This document shows positions 19,651 to 29,673 of a stretch of 64,000 nucleotides of DNA, in pieces. The first letter of the stretch is position 1, and every line of letters begins with the position of its first letter. The translations under genes and the position numbers were made by a program. Location: positions 17,508 through 81,507 of the forward strand of contig WJMT01000124.1 in assembly GCA_014727835.1 (NCBI GenBank), read 5' to 3'. The DNA is from Candidatus Aminicenantes bacterium. Its GTDB lineage: Bacteria > Acidobacteriota > Aminicenantia > Aminicenantales > Aminicenantaceae. A model generated the notes under the pieces. That model worked only from the letters and a program-made list of their open reading frames with translations, was not told the DNA's origin and did not search any database.

Positions 19651-20784
19651 ATGTCTTATGCAACAAGGGAGGACGTGGAGAGAAAACTAAACAGCGGCTG
19701 GGAGCCGGAATATTTCAATGCCCCCTTGCCAGTGAAGGACCAAGAGCTCATCCAAACTCCCTATAAAGAAAAGCTCAATCCGAACATGAGAATCGCTGTT
19801 TCAGGAGGAGGCGGCTTTATCGGAGGGGCTATGGTCAGATATCTGAAGGACAAGGGATTCAGGAACATCGTGACGGCGGATATCAAGCCTGTTTCTGAGT
19901 GGTATCAGACCACTGAAGGTGTGGAGAATCTTTGTCTGGACCTTAGGGAATCCAGGGACTGCCAGAACCTGGTACAGGGTGCGGTTGAGGTGTATAATTT
20001 TGCTGCGGATATGGGCGGGATGGGATTTATTGAGACCCATAGAGTGGACTGTTTGATCAATTCAAGCAAAATCAATGACAATATGCTGGAAGCCTCCTGG
20101 AAAGCCGGTATCACCCGTTATTTTTTCTCTTCCTCTGCCTGTGCTTACAACACAGATCTGCAGCAGCAACATGATGTGATGGGTCTGAAAGAGAGCGATG
20201 CGTATCCTGCGGATGCTGAGAGAGGATATGGATGGGAGAAATTGATTGCTGAACAGAAGTGCCAGGAGATGTTTATTGAAAAAGGAATGGAGACCCATAT
20301 CGCACGATTTCACAATGTGTACGGTCCCTATGGAACCTGGGACGGAGGCCGTGAAAAAGCACCGGCGGCTTTAGCCCGTAAGGTCATTTCTGTATTGGAA
20401 GGAGATGAAGACCATATCTTGATCTGGGGAAACGGAAAACAAAGGCGAAGTTTCATGTACATCGATGATTGCACAGAAGGGATTTTCCGTTTGATGCATA
20501 AAATCAACACCACAGCCACTCCGTTGAATATCGGCTCTGAAGAGATGATCTCTGTCAATGAACTGGTGGATGTGATTGAAGATATATTGAACATTAAAGT
20601 CAAGCGAACATATGATGAATCCAAACCGCAGGGCGTGGTGGGCCGGAACAGTGATAACACGTTGATAAAAAAATACATGGGATGGGAGCCTAAAACCTCA
20701 TTTGCCCAGGGGATGAAACCCACCTGTGAGTGGATCAAAAAACAATACAAGAACCGGAAAGCCGGGAAAAGGACTGTAAGATAG
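19651..20784 (+). CDS. gme: GDP-mannose 3,5-epimerase-like NAD-dependent epimerase
   Basis: Close motif-by-motif resemblance to plant GME: GGGGFIGG, NFAADMGGMGFI, SSACAYN, YGWEKL, RFHNVYGPYGTWDGGREKAPAA, WGNGKQRRSFMYIDDC, GRNSDNTLIKKYMGW. The length (377 aa) also matches. Confidence 0.8.
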   Translation: MSYATREDVERKLNSGWEPEYFNAPLPVKDQELIQTPYKEKLNPNMRIAVSGGGGFIGGAMVRYLKDKGFRNIVTADIKPVSEWYQTTEGVENLCLDLRESRDCQNLVQGAVEVYNFAADMGGMGFIETHRVDCLINSSKINDNMLEASWKAGITRYFFSSSACAYNTDLQQQHDVMGLKESDAYPADAERGYGWEKLIAEQKCQEMFIEKGMETHIARFHNVYGPYGTWDGGREKAPAALARKVISVLEGDEDHILIWGNGKQRRSFMYIDDCTEGIFRLMHKINTTATPLNIGSEEMISVNELVDVIEDILNIKVKRTYDESKPQGVVGRNSDNTLIKKYMGWEPKTSFAQGMKPTCEWIKKQYKNRKAGKRTVR

Positions 20785-20826
20785 GGGTCCATATTTTGGA
20801 AGCTTCTCTGACAAAGAACAGAAAAT

Positions 20827-22137
20827 ATGTCAGCTAAAGTCGTTGAAAAGAAGTATCTTTTCCCTTTCATTCTCATCACCAGCTGTTTTGCGCTGTGGGG
20901 CTTTGCCAATGATGTGACCAATCCCATGGTGAAAGCTTTCTCTAAAATTCTGATGATGAGCAATTTCCAGGGCTCTCTGGTTCAGTTTGCCTTTTACGGG
21001 GGATATTTTTTCATGGCCTTTCCAGCAGCCCTGTTTATCCGGAGGTTCAATTATAAATCTGGGATCTTAGTGGGGCTGGGATTGTATGCCACAGGTGCGT
21101 TTCTGTTCATCCCTGCCAGCATGCTCCAGGTCTTTGGGGTTTTTCTGATCTCATATTTTATCCTGACCTGCGGATTGTCTTTTTTAGAGACCACTGCCAA
21201 TCCCTATATCCTTTCCATGGGGTCTGAGAAAACAGCCACCCGGCGTTTGAACTTTGCTCAGGCCTTCAATCCCATTGGTTCTCTCATCGGCATGTTCACA
21301 GCCCAATCTCTGATCCTCGGCAGACTCAATCCTGCAGAAAAAGCCCAGAGAGCAGCTCTCAATCTCGAAGAATTGAAAGCCATCACATCCAGTGACCTGA
21401 ACATCATCCGCACTCCGTATGTGGCCATTGCTTTGGTGATACTGGTGGTTTTATCTCTGGTTGCATTCAGCAATATGCCCACCAAAGACCAAGGAGAGCA
21501 CAAAATACACATCTTTCAGACTCTAAACAAATTGATTCAAAACAGGAAATATGTTCATGGGGTAGTGGCTCAATTTTTTTATGTGGCAGCGCAGATCATG
21601 TGCTGGACGTTTATCATCCATTACGGTACAGAACTGTTCACCTCTTCCCGATACGGCATGTCTGTCCAAAAAGCAGAGGTCCTCTCTCAGAAGTACAATA
21701 TTGCAGCTATGGTCATCTTTTGTGTCAGCCGTTTTGTGTTCACTTATCTGCTCAAATACATCAAAGCAGGGAAGCTGCTTATGGTTCTGGCCGCTGTTGG
21801 CGGGATTTTAACACTCAATGTGATGTTTTCACCCGGATTGATCGGGCTCCTAAGCCTGGTGGGGATATCAGGATGCATGTCCTTGATGTTTCCCACTATC
21901 TACGGAATCGCACTTGGAGGATTGAGAAATGACGATGCTAAAATCGGAGCAGCCGGGCTCATCATGGCTATTCTAGGGGGCTCAGTCATGCCTCCTCTTC
22001 AGGGCGCTATTATAGACCTTGGGAAGGTGGGATTTCTCTCTGGGGTTAGGGCTTCCTTTATTCTGACCGTGCTCTGTTTTGTGGTCATCTCTCATTTCGG
22101 ATACAATACCTACAGAGTGTACCAAAAAAGTCATTAA
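20827..22137 (+). CDS. L-fucose:H+ symporter (FucP) family MFS permease
   Basis: FALWGFANDVTNPMVKAF..FQGSLVQFAFYGGYFFMAFPAALFIRRFNYKSGILVGLGLYATGAFLF follows the FucP/GluP N-terminal signature. 12 TM. Lies 42 nt after the gme-like gene. Confidence 0.8.
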   Translation: MSAKVVEKKYLFPFILITSCFALWGFANDVTNPMVKAFSKILMMSNFQGSLVQFAFYGGYFFMAFPAALFIRRFNYKSGILVGLGLYATGAFLFIPASMLQVFGVFLISYFILTCGLSFLETTANPYILSMGSEKTATRRLNFAQAFNPIGSLIGMFTAQSLILGRLNPAEKAQRAALNLEELKAITSSDLNIIRTPYVAIALVILVVLSLVAFSNMPTKDQGEHKIHIFQTLNKLIQNRKYVHGVVAQFFYVAAQIMCWTFIIHYGTELFTSSRYGMSVQKAEVLSQKYNIAAMVIFCVSRFVFTYLLKYIKAGKLLMVLAAVGGILTLNVMFSPGLIGLLSLVGISGCMSLMFPTIYGIALGGLRNDDAKIGAAGLIMAILGGSVMPPLQGAIIDLGKVGFLSGVRASFILTVLCFVVISHFGYNTYRVYQKSH

Positions 22138-22204
22138 AACAGGGACACAATACCTATTTACCTTTTTTTTTGAAGAATCCAGGTTAATTGACCCCAAAGG
22201 GGAA

Positions 22205-22612
22205 TCAAAATATCTTTTTGGAAGCCAAGTAACTGACTGTGGATACGATCCCAGTTAAGACTATTCCCCATAAGATGTCAATGACCACAATATTAAAAGG
22301 CCAGTTCTTCAAGGTGGCGTAATTGGTCAGGTCATAAGTGGCGTAGGTAAAGAAACCAAACAGCCCTCCGTAAAGGACTGCGGTGATGAGAGAGTCATTT
22401 CTGATGGCCGGAGCCACTGCAAAGATGATGATCCCCACAATGAACAACAGATAGAAAATGATAGCAGCTGCCCAGTTGGGTTTGTCTCTGAGCAGCCCTT
22501 TGAGGTTGTTTCGGTATAGATTTTTTGCAATGACACCAAGCCATATCATGTCTACTGCCAAAAAAACAGTGACAGCAATAAGATAAAGGATGACATATTT
22601 TGTGATGTTCAT
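22205..22612 (-). CDS. DUF2177-family membrane protein
   Basis: RBS AGGAGG. 135 aa with 4 TM. The pattern FLAVDMIWLGVIAKNLYR..NWAAAIIFYLLF..TYATYDLTNYATLKNWP is typical of DUF2177. Confidence 0.6.
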   Translation of the reverse strand: MNITKYVILYLIAVTVFLAVDMIWLGVIAKNLYRNNLKGLLRDKPNWAAAIIFYLLFIVGIIIFAVAPAIRNDSLITAVLYGGLFGFFTYATYDLTNYATLKNWPFNIVVIDILWGIVLTGIVSTVSYLASKKIF

Positions 22613-22625
22613 TTTGCCTCCTTTA

Positions 22626-24011
22626 TTACTGCCAGTTGGTCAGAACCGGCCACACCAGCAGTAATAATGATATGATAAAGAAAAATATCTGCATGGGAAA
22701 GTTCCATTTGAACCACTTTTCATAAGGGATCTTGGCCATGGCTAAAGTTCCTATGGTCACACCTGAGGTTGGAATGATCATATTGGTGAATCCATCCCCG
22801 AACTGATAGGCCAGCACAGCAGTCTGCCGTGTGATGCCAGACAGGTCAGCCAGCTGCGACATGATGGGCATGGTCAGAGCGGCTTTAGTGGAGCCCGAGG
22901 GTATGAAAAAATTAAACATGATCTGTATGAAATACTGAAAGTCAGCGGCCAAAATTCCCGGAAGCTTGGATATGGATGAAGCCATGCTGAACAGTATGGT
23001 ATCCATAATTCCTCCCTGCTCCAGAATCACAATAATCCCTCCCACAAATCCCAAAACCAGGGCAGCAGATACCATTTCTTTGCATCCCTTGATAAAAGAA
23101 CCGGCGATTTCATTCATTCCTTTTCCTGCAATGATGGCGCTGGAAAGGCCCATGGCTAAAAACAGTCCGGCAATTTCCTTGATATACCATTTGAAGAGGA
23201 TGACTCCCACTACCATAAACACAACACCCAGTATCAAGATGCCCAAACAGGCACCATGCCTCCATGTGAATCGGCTCACAAATTCCTGCTTTTGGATCAG
23301 AGCTTCCCGTCTCTTTTGGTCGTGTTCATACATGATGCTTTTGCGGGGGTCTTTCTTGATTTTCGCAGCATAGACCATGACCCACAGGACGGTGAAGGCT
23401 GTCACTAGAATCCATATCAGCACCCGGTATCCGATTCCAGAGACTGGTTTGATATCGGAAATTTTCTGTGCGATCTGCAGAGTAAAGGGATTGATAAACG
23501 CACCGGCAAATCCCACTCCGGCAGCCAGAAAGGACAGGCAGATCCCCACAATGGAATCATATCCCAAGCTGATGGCTAACGGCACAAAAATCAGGACAAA
23601 AGGCATGGCTTCTTCACACATCCCAAACACCGCTCCGAACAATGAAAAAACAGTCATCACAATGGGGATGATCAGCAGCTCTTTTCCCTTCAGGACCTTC
23701 ACCAGTTTCCCAATCCCTGCGTTGATGGCTCCGGTCTCGTTCAGAATGTAAAAAGCTCCCCCCACTATGAATATGAAACCGATGATCTCAGCTAACTTGA
23801 TGAATCCTTTCAGGGGTGCGGTAAAGACTTCCAGGATTTGTGGATCAGACTCTGCTTTTTCATATGTTCCCTCCACCACCACGGTTCTTTGGGAATTGTT
23901 GATCTCGATTTGTCTCCTCTCATAGCTTCCTCCAGGAACAATCCAGGTTAAAGCTGCGGAAAGGATGATCAGAAAAAAAACAATCACAAACACATTTGGA
24001 ATTTTTCCCAT
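22626..24011 (-). CDS. YfcC-family (DcuC-like) transporter
   Basis: The N-terminus IPNVFVIVFFLIILSAALTWIVPGGSYERR and the multi-TM body are typical of the YfcC / C4-dicarboxylate anaerobic carrier family. Confidence 0.7.
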   Translation of the reverse strand: MGKIPNVFVIVFFLIILSAALTWIVPGGSYERRQIEINNSQRTVVVEGTYEKAESDPQILEVFTAPLKGFIKLAEIIGFIFIVGGAFYILNETGAINAGIGKLVKVLKGKELLIIPIVMTVFSLFGAVFGMCEEAMPFVLIFVPLAISLGYDSIVGICLSFLAAGVGFAGAFINPFTLQIAQKISDIKPVSGIGYRVLIWILVTAFTVLWVMVYAAKIKKDPRKSIMYEHDQKRREALIQKQEFVSRFTWRHGACLGILILGVVFMVVGVILFKWYIKEIAGLFLAMGLSSAIIAGKGMNEIAGSFIKGCKEMVSAALVLGFVGGIIVILEQGGIMDTILFSMASSISKLPGILAADFQYFIQIMFNFFIPSGSTKAALTMPIMSQLADLSGITRQTAVLAYQFGDGFTNMIIPTSGVTIGTLAMAKIPYEKWFKWNFPMQIFFFIISLLLLVWPVLTNWQ

Positions 24012-24020
24012 GGCAGATGA

Positions 24021-24998
24021 TCAATCCTTACTTAAAAACACAGGTTGAGTGCAGGCGATCCTCCCGGATGATTCAACAATCCTTGCTCTGACATAAAGTT
24101 CATTCCCATTGAAAGTGTATTCAGCGGTGGTTCCGTAAACCTCCTTGAGGATGACTCCGTCTTGTCCAATGAAAGTAGTGGTGTAGGCTGCATCTTTATA
24201 AGGCTTAATGTCTATTCTGTATTGAGTTTGAGTTATACAGATATCCTTGAGCAAAACCCCCAAAGTGGAAAAAAATTGCCCCTTTTGGATGGCATCCATA
24301 ATGGCCTCTGTGCTCAGCTCTCTGGCCTTGACCATGATCCAACCTGTACCTGGATTTGATTTTCTGGGGGTGAATTCTCCGACATAGTCATGAGCATCGT
24401 CAGAAGCGATTCCATACATCAGGATCCCTTTAGATAGGATTTTGTCCCAGATATCTTCCATTCCTGGCCTGCCCCCAGCAGAGAAGTTATTGCAGTCAGG
24501 ATGGGCATTATACAGTTCGAATAAATGGACACCTTTGGTCTGAGAGATTTCTTTGTCTGTGAATGACCACCTCCAATTGGGATGATTGATCTGTGGAACC
24601 GCGCCAGCTTCAAGTATGGCATCTGCGTTGTTTTGCAGTGTTTCTATGACGGAATCTCCGTGTTGAGGTTCAATGTGTATCTGAGAATTCAAAGCATTGA
24701 GATGAACAGGAATGCCTTGATAAGAATCTGTGACCTCTTCTCCCTGAATAAGAAGGAAGTCATCGTCTGGATCTGTATCCAGATATTTGATTTCAGTGAT
24801 GATGTTATGATCTGTGATAAATAGAAAATTGTACTCATGATCTCTGTACCATCTGATGACCTGCCTGGGATAGGAATCTCCATCTGAGTTGAGTGTGTGA
24901 CAATGAGTGTTTCCTTTATACCAATTGAATTCCTGAGCCTCAGACGGCATGACCCCCAGATAAAAAATGCTCAAGATAAGAACCATGCATTTTTTCAT
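24021..24998 (-). CDS. secreted PHP-domain (CehA/McbA-like) metallohydrolase
   Basis: Signal peptide, PHP motif YKGNTHCHTLNSDGD..FLFITDHN, and a later ASDDAHD. RBS AGGAGGG. Tightly spaced with the two downstream genes. Confidence 0.7.
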   Translation of the reverse strand: MKKCMVLILSIFYLGVMPSEAQEFNWYKGNTHCHTLNSDGDSYPRQVIRWYRDHEYNFLFITDHNIITEIKYLDTDPDDDFLLIQGEEVTDSYQGIPVHLNALNSQIHIEPQHGDSVIETLQNNADAILEAGAVPQINHPNWRWSFTDKEISQTKGVHLFELYNAHPDCNNFSAGGRPGMEDIWDKILSKGILMYGIASDDAHDYVGEFTPRKSNPGTGWIMVKARELSTEAIMDAIQKGQFFSTLGVLLKDICITQTQYRIDIKPYKDAAYTTTFIGQDGVILKEVYGTTAEYTFNGNELYVRARIVESSGRIACTQPVFLSKD

Positions 24999-25214
24999 TC
25001 AGCCCTCCTTATTTGTTTTTTCTCTTTTTGATGTCTTGATTCTGGAGACTCTGCATTCAAGCCTGCTCTGTTGATGATATTATGCTATGGAATAGACACA
25101 GTCAATGAGAAGTTTGACCCATGTTCTGACTTGAATTGTATAACTTTTTTGGAGTATCATTATTATTCAGGCCTTGAACAAGTGTGGATATTAGGAATTG
25201 CATAACAAAAGAAA

Positions 25215-27113
25215 GTGAAATTATTTCAAAATCTGTCTATCCGCAAAAAAGTCATTGGAATCATTCTGGTGATATCTTTTATAAGCTTGAGTGTTGTTTT
25301 GGGTGTGGCAGTCTTGGTCAAAGCCAGAGCAGATAGGTCAGAATTTGTGGGACAGATCAAGCAGTATGCACAAATGGCTGGAGAGTACTGTCAAGAGGCT
25401 CTCATTGCACAGGACACGGAACGAATCAGACAGAATCTATCAAAGTTAGAGGCGATTCCCTCAATCACTCAGGGTGTCATTTATGGAGAGGATCAGAATG
25501 TTTTGGCATCTTACAGCCGTAAGGGCGCTCAATTTGATCCTCCTGACCCAGAACGAATCAAGCCTTTTTTATTCACTGACCAATTTCTTCTTGTTATGGT
25601 CCCTATTTCAGATAGGAATCAAACCTATGGAGAGATATTTGTTCGGGCTTCTGTAGATGAGCTGAAAAGAAAACATAAACTTTCCATTTTCCTGGCAGCA
25701 GCTTTGTTTGTCATCATGTTCTTTTTTGTCTATGTGTTGGCGCGAAGTTTTCAGGGTGCCATTTCCAAACCCATATTAAAATTAGTAACAGCAACCAAGA
25801 GAATATCGGGATCTGGAGAAGCCGGGGTTCGAATCAAAAAAAAGAAAAAGAATGAATTGTTCATACTGCGTGATCGATTGAAGTACTTGCTGGAACTTGA
25901 AAACATGAGGGAGATGAAGTTGGAAGAGGTTGATAAAGCACGCAAAAAAGCAATAGAACTGGAGAAAACCAGGAAAGAATATCAGGAGAGGTTTGAAAAC
26001 AATGCCTATGGCATTTTTGTTTTGAAAACGGTTGATAACGGACAAAACTTTGTGATCAAAGATTTGAATAGCACAGGTGAGGTCATGGAGAGAAAACACC
26101 GAGCTGATTTAATCGGGAAAAAGATCACACAAGTCTTTCCAGAGGTGAGGCATTCCGGACTGCTGAGAGCCATACAAAATGCTTGGCGGAATGAAGAGGA
26201 AGAGTTTATTCCATATATCCGACTAAGAAGTGATAAGAAGTCTGGCTGGAGAGAAATGGTGATCCACAAGCTTCCTTCCAAGGATGTTATGGTATTATTT
26301 CGGGATGTGACAGACCAAAAAATCAAAGAAGAATCCAGGAAAAAACAAAGAGAACAACAGAAAAAGAAATTTAAAGAGAAGCTCAAAGAAGATAATAAAA
26401 AGAGATTGATGGAACTGAATAAAGGGCTTCAGCAGAAAGCTTTAGATAATGAGCTGGCAGACTTTTATGACTCTATGGCTAAAGATTGGGGTGATCCTCT
26501 GGACAAGATCAACACTTTCAGCAAGTCTTTTTTACAGGATTATGCAGAAAAAGTGGATGATGAAGGAAAGAACCGGCTCATTCAGATTCGTGCTGCAACA
26601 CACCGCATCATAAAGATGGCCCAAAAATTCGATGAGCTGGCAGACCTGTCATCTGACAGTTTGAAACTGGAGAAGGTTGACCTGAGCGGAATGGTGAAAA
26701 AGAGGTCGATTAAACTCAAGGAAGGGAATCCGGAGAAAAAAGCAGAATTTGTTATTCAGGAAGGAGTCACTGTATCAGGAGATGCCCGGCTGTTGAACCG
26801 AGTCATTGACAATCTGCTCACTAATGCGTGGATATACTCATCAAGAAAGGAGAACATCAGGATAGAATTTGGAGTTCGTGAAAGTAAGGATGTCCGAGAA
26901 TATTTCATAAAAGACAATGGAATCGGATTTGAAACAGCAGAGGCAGATCAAATGTTTCGTCCTTTTGGAAAGTTGAATCCGGATGAGGTCTTTCCTGGAT
27001 CTGGGATGGGGCTTACTCTTGTAAGGCGGATCATTCATAAACATGGCGGGACCATCCATGCTCAAGGAAAGTCGGGGGAAGGAGCGGTGTTTTATTTCAC
27101 CCTTGGAACTTGA
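25215..27113 (+). CDS. histidine-kinase-like sensor protein lacking the phosphoacceptor His (periplasmic domain, PAS, degenerate DHp, intact HATPase)
   Basis: GTG start. Two TM helices flank a ~140-aa periplasmic region, followed by a PAS domain and a coiled coil. The H-box position reads FYDSMAKDWGDPL where a family-typical H-box reads roughly FAYvaSHDLqEPL (consensus quoted from memory). The N-box NLLTNAWIY, G1 DNGIGF and G2 GSGMGL are conserved. Confidence 0.7.
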   Translation: MKLFQNLSIRKKVIGIILVISFISLSVVLGVAVLVKARADRSEFVGQIKQYAQMAGEYCQEALIAQDTERIRQNLSKLEAIPSITQGVIYGEDQNVLASYSRKGAQFDPPDPERIKPFLFTDQFLLVMVPISDRNQTYGEIFVRASVDELKRKHKLSIFLAAALFVIMFFFVYVLARSFQGAISKPILKLVTATKRISGSGEAGVRIKKKKKNELFILRDRLKYLLELENMREMKLEEVDKARKKAIELEKTRKEYQERFENNAYGIFVLKTVDNGQNFVIKDLNSTGEVMERKHRADLIGKKITQVFPEVRHSGLLRAIQNAWRNEEEEFIPYIRLRSDKKSGWREMVIHKLPSKDVMVLFRDVTDQKIKEESRKKQREQQKKKFKEKLKEDNKKRLMELNKGLQQKALDNELADFYDSMAKDWGDPLDKINTFSKSFLQDYAEKVDDEGKNRLIQIRAATHRIIKMAQKFDELADLSSDSLKLEKVDLSGMVKKRSIKLKEGNPEKKAEFVIQEGVTVSGDARLLNRVIDNLLTNAWIYSSRKENIRIEFGVRESKDVREYFIKDNGIGFETAEADQMFRPFGKLNPDEVFPGSGMGLTLVRRIIHKHGGTIHAQGKSGEGAVFYFTLGT

Positions 27114-27157
27114 GAACACTGGATTCCACAAAATAATAGGTAATTATGGAGGCAGGT

Positions 27158-29521
27158 ATGTTTAAAAAGTGTATTTTTATATGTGCTGTATTGTTGTTTT
27201 CATGCTCTGTGTCGAGCATCACGGGACTCCAGGCTCAGCAGGAGAGTCAGCAGGACAATCAATTCAGGCAGCTCTACCAGGAACTCCCCGCTCCCAATTC
27301 ATGCCGATCTGCTTCAGGAGCACCGGGTCCGGAATACTGGCAGCAGCAGGTGGACTATGATATGTCCGTGGAACTGGATGAAGGCAAACAGCGCTTGTAC
27401 GGAGAAGAAACCATCACATATACCAACAACTCGCCCCACTCTCAATCCTATCTATGGCTTCAGCTTGATCAAAACATTCGTGCTCTTGACTCCATGACAC
27501 AAAAAATCAGTTCGGGCCGCATTTCTGATTCCGTGTATTTCATGTCTCTTCAGAGATGGCACAGTGAGTTTGATGGCGGATTCAAAATCGAATATGTGAA
27601 AGACAGAAAAGGGAAAGATCTTTGTTTCACCATTGTCAACACCATGATGAGGGTAGATCTTCCGGAAGATTTAGAACCCGACTCCAAATACTCTTTTCAA
27701 ATAAAATGGTGGTATAACATCAATGACAGAGATAAGACCCATGGAAGGTCTGGATTCCATCATTTTGAAGAAGATGGGAATCATGTGTTTGCCATCGCCC
27801 AATTTTTTCCCCGCCTGGCTGTATACAGCGATGCAGAAGGCTGGCAGCACAAGCAGTTTTTAGGAAGCGGAGAATTTGCCCTTCCCTTTGGAGATTATAC
27901 TGTGCGGATCACTGCACCTGAAGACCATATCATCGGGGCGACTGGAACGCTTAAAAACCCGCGAAGTGTGTTGACACCAGAACAGCAAAACCGGCTTGAA
28001 CAAGCCCGCCGAACCACTGACAGTACAGTAAAGATCATCACTGAAGACGAGGCGGTCCAGAGTGAAAAGAAACGCTCAGAAAGCAAAAAGACATGGATTT
28101 TTGAGGCAAAAAAGGTCAGGGATTTTGCTTTTGCCAGCTCGCGGAAATTCATCTGGGATGCCATGGCCGTCCAACTCGGGACCCGCTCAGTCCTGGCCAT
28201 GTCTTTTTACAGCAGAGACGGAAATCCCCTTTGGGGAAAGTATTCCACCAAAGCCGTGGCTCATGCTGTGAAGATTTACTCCAAATACACCTTTGACTAT
28301 CCCTACCCAAAAGCCATATCTGTTCTCACGGGAAGAGGCGGAGGAATGGAATACCCAATGATTTCTTTCAATGGAGGCAAACCTGAAAAGGATGGGACGT
28401 ATTCCGAGCGTTTGAAATACAGTCTTATTGGGGTGATCATTCATGAAGTGGGCCACAATTTTTTTCCCATGATTGTGAATTCGGATGAACGACAGTGGGC
28501 TTGGATGGATGAAGGTCTCAATACATTCCTGGAATACGTTTCCGAACAGGAGTGGGAAAGAGAGTTTGCCCAAAGAAACGGTCCGGCATACACCATGGTC
28601 AGATACATGAAAGGAGAAAAAAAGTATATGTCTCCTATCATGACCGCGCCTGACATTGACATGAATGTAGGAAGCAATGCTTATGCCAAAACAGCTGCCG
28701 GCCTCAATATACTGCGCGAGACCATTATGGGAAGGGAATTGTTTGACTATGCGTTTAAAGAATTTGCCCAGAGATGGAAGTTCAGACATCCCACTCCAGC
28801 AGACTTTTTCCGCACCATGGAGGATGCATCAGGAGTGGATTTGGACTGGTTCTGGCGCGGCTGGTTTTTTGGAACCGACCATGTTGATATCGCCATGGAT
28901 GATGTGAAGTGGTATAAAATCAATACAGGAGATCCAAAGCTGGCAAAAGCCATAGAGCTGGAAAAGGAAAACCGCCTGAGGGACCAGTATATCTCTAATA
29001 TCCGGAATCAGAAGGAAATCAAAGAAACCGCAGCGGAAAAAGATGAGTCTCTGCTCGATTTTTATGATAAATATGATCCGCTTAAGGTATCCCCTAAAGA
29101 GGAAAAACAGTACCAAAAATATCTTGAATCATTGACTGAAGAACAGAGGGACATTTTGAATTCGGGACATAATTATTATGAAATCACTTTTTCTAATATC
29201 GGTGGCATGGCTATGCCTTTGATCCTTAAGTTTGAGTTCAAAGATGGGACAGAGCAAGTCCAGAGGATCCCGGCTGAGATCTGGCGCCGCAACAATGACC
29301 AGGTGAAAAAAGTATTTGTGTTTCAAAAAGAGGTCCACAAAGTCACCTTTGATCCATTTTTAGAATCTGCGGATGTGGAGAGCAGAAATAACAAATGGAC
29401 TGTACAGGAAAAACCCAATTATTTTAAAGTGAGAAAATATCAGAGACGCGCAGAGAAGAATCTGATGCAGAAAGTGAAAGATATGGAAAAACAAGACAAA
29501 AAGGAAAAAGAAAAGAAATAA
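27158..29521 (+). CDS. secreted M1-family zinc metallopeptidase (aminopeptidase N-like)
   Basis: HEVGH-x18-E (HEVGHNFFPMIVNSDERQWAWMDEG) plus a GGMEYP-type exopeptidase motif (GGGMEYPM). Signal peptide MFKKCIFICAVLLFSCS. I prefer the ATG at 27158 because GGAGG lies 5 nt upstream. Confidence 0.9.
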   Translation: MFKKCIFICAVLLFSCSVSSITGLQAQQESQQDNQFRQLYQELPAPNSCRSASGAPGPEYWQQQVDYDMSVELDEGKQRLYGEETITYTNNSPHSQSYLWLQLDQNIRALDSMTQKISSGRISDSVYFMSLQRWHSEFDGGFKIEYVKDRKGKDLCFTIVNTMMRVDLPEDLEPDSKYSFQIKWWYNINDRDKTHGRSGFHHFEEDGNHVFAIAQFFPRLAVYSDAEGWQHKQFLGSGEFALPFGDYTVRITAPEDHIIGATGTLKNPRSVLTPEQQNRLEQARRTTDSTVKIITEDEAVQSEKKRSESKKTWIFEAKKVRDFAFASSRKFIWDAMAVQLGTRSVLAMSFYSRDGNPLWGKYSTKAVAHAVKIYSKYTFDYPYPKAISVLTGRGGGMEYPMISFNGGKPEKDGTYSERLKYSLIGVIIHEVGHNFFPMIVNSDERQWAWMDEGLNTFLEYVSEQEWEREFAQRNGPAYTMVRYMKGEKKYMSPIMTAPDIDMNVGSNAYAKTAAGLNILRETIMGRELFDYAFKEFAQRWKFRHPTPADFFRTMEDASGVDLDWFWRGWFFGTDHVDIAMDDVKWYKINTGDPKLAKAIELEKENRLRDQYISNIRNQKEIKETAAEKDESLLDFYDKYDPLKVSPKEEKQYQKYLESLTEEQRDILNSGHNYYEITFSNIGGMAMPLILKFEFKDGTEQVQRIPAEIWRRNNDQVKKVFVFQKEVHKVTFDPFLESADVESRNNKWTVQEKPNYFKVRKYQRRAEKNLMQKVKDMEKQDKKEKEKK

Positions 29522-29584
29522 TCTGAATTCACCTTTTTACACAGATAAGAGTATATACAAAGGGAAAAGGCCTCAAACCAGAAG

Positions 29585-29621
29585 TGTCCGATAGCGGACA
29601 ACAATTGGTCTAAAATGGACA
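29585..29621. promoter_or_regulatory. tandem palindromic upstream activator sites (second copy of the 10535-10571 module)
   Basis: TGTCCG-ATAG-CGGACA is a perfect 16-bp palindrome (29585-29600). TGGTCT-AAAA-TGGACA follows at 29606-29621. Their centres are 21 bp apart, 83 and 62 bp from the GG of the downstream sigma-54 promoter. Confidence 0.5.
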
Positions 29622-29673
29622 CTTTGCTGTTGTTCTATTGATCTTAATGGGGGCTTTCCCTGTTTCAATAACT

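Noticed and set aside
20328-20963. 211-aa ORF antisense to the end of the gme-like gene and the start of the FucP-like gene.
   Set aside because: It spans two well-supported sense genes and their junction, and it has no recognisable motifs. Shadow ORF.
25185-25202. TGGATATTAGGAATTGCA upstream of the kinase-like gene, and TGGAATATTTGCA at 58437-58449.
   Set aside because: Both have wrong GG/GC spacing, 2 nt too long and 3 nt too short respectively. They are not counted as sigma-54 promoters.
29616-29629. TGGACACTTTGCTG, a sigma-54-like string just downstream of the activator sites.
   Set aside because: The GG-to-GC spacing is 3 nt too short for a -24/-12 promoter. The TGGACA part is better explained as a half-site of the second palindrome.
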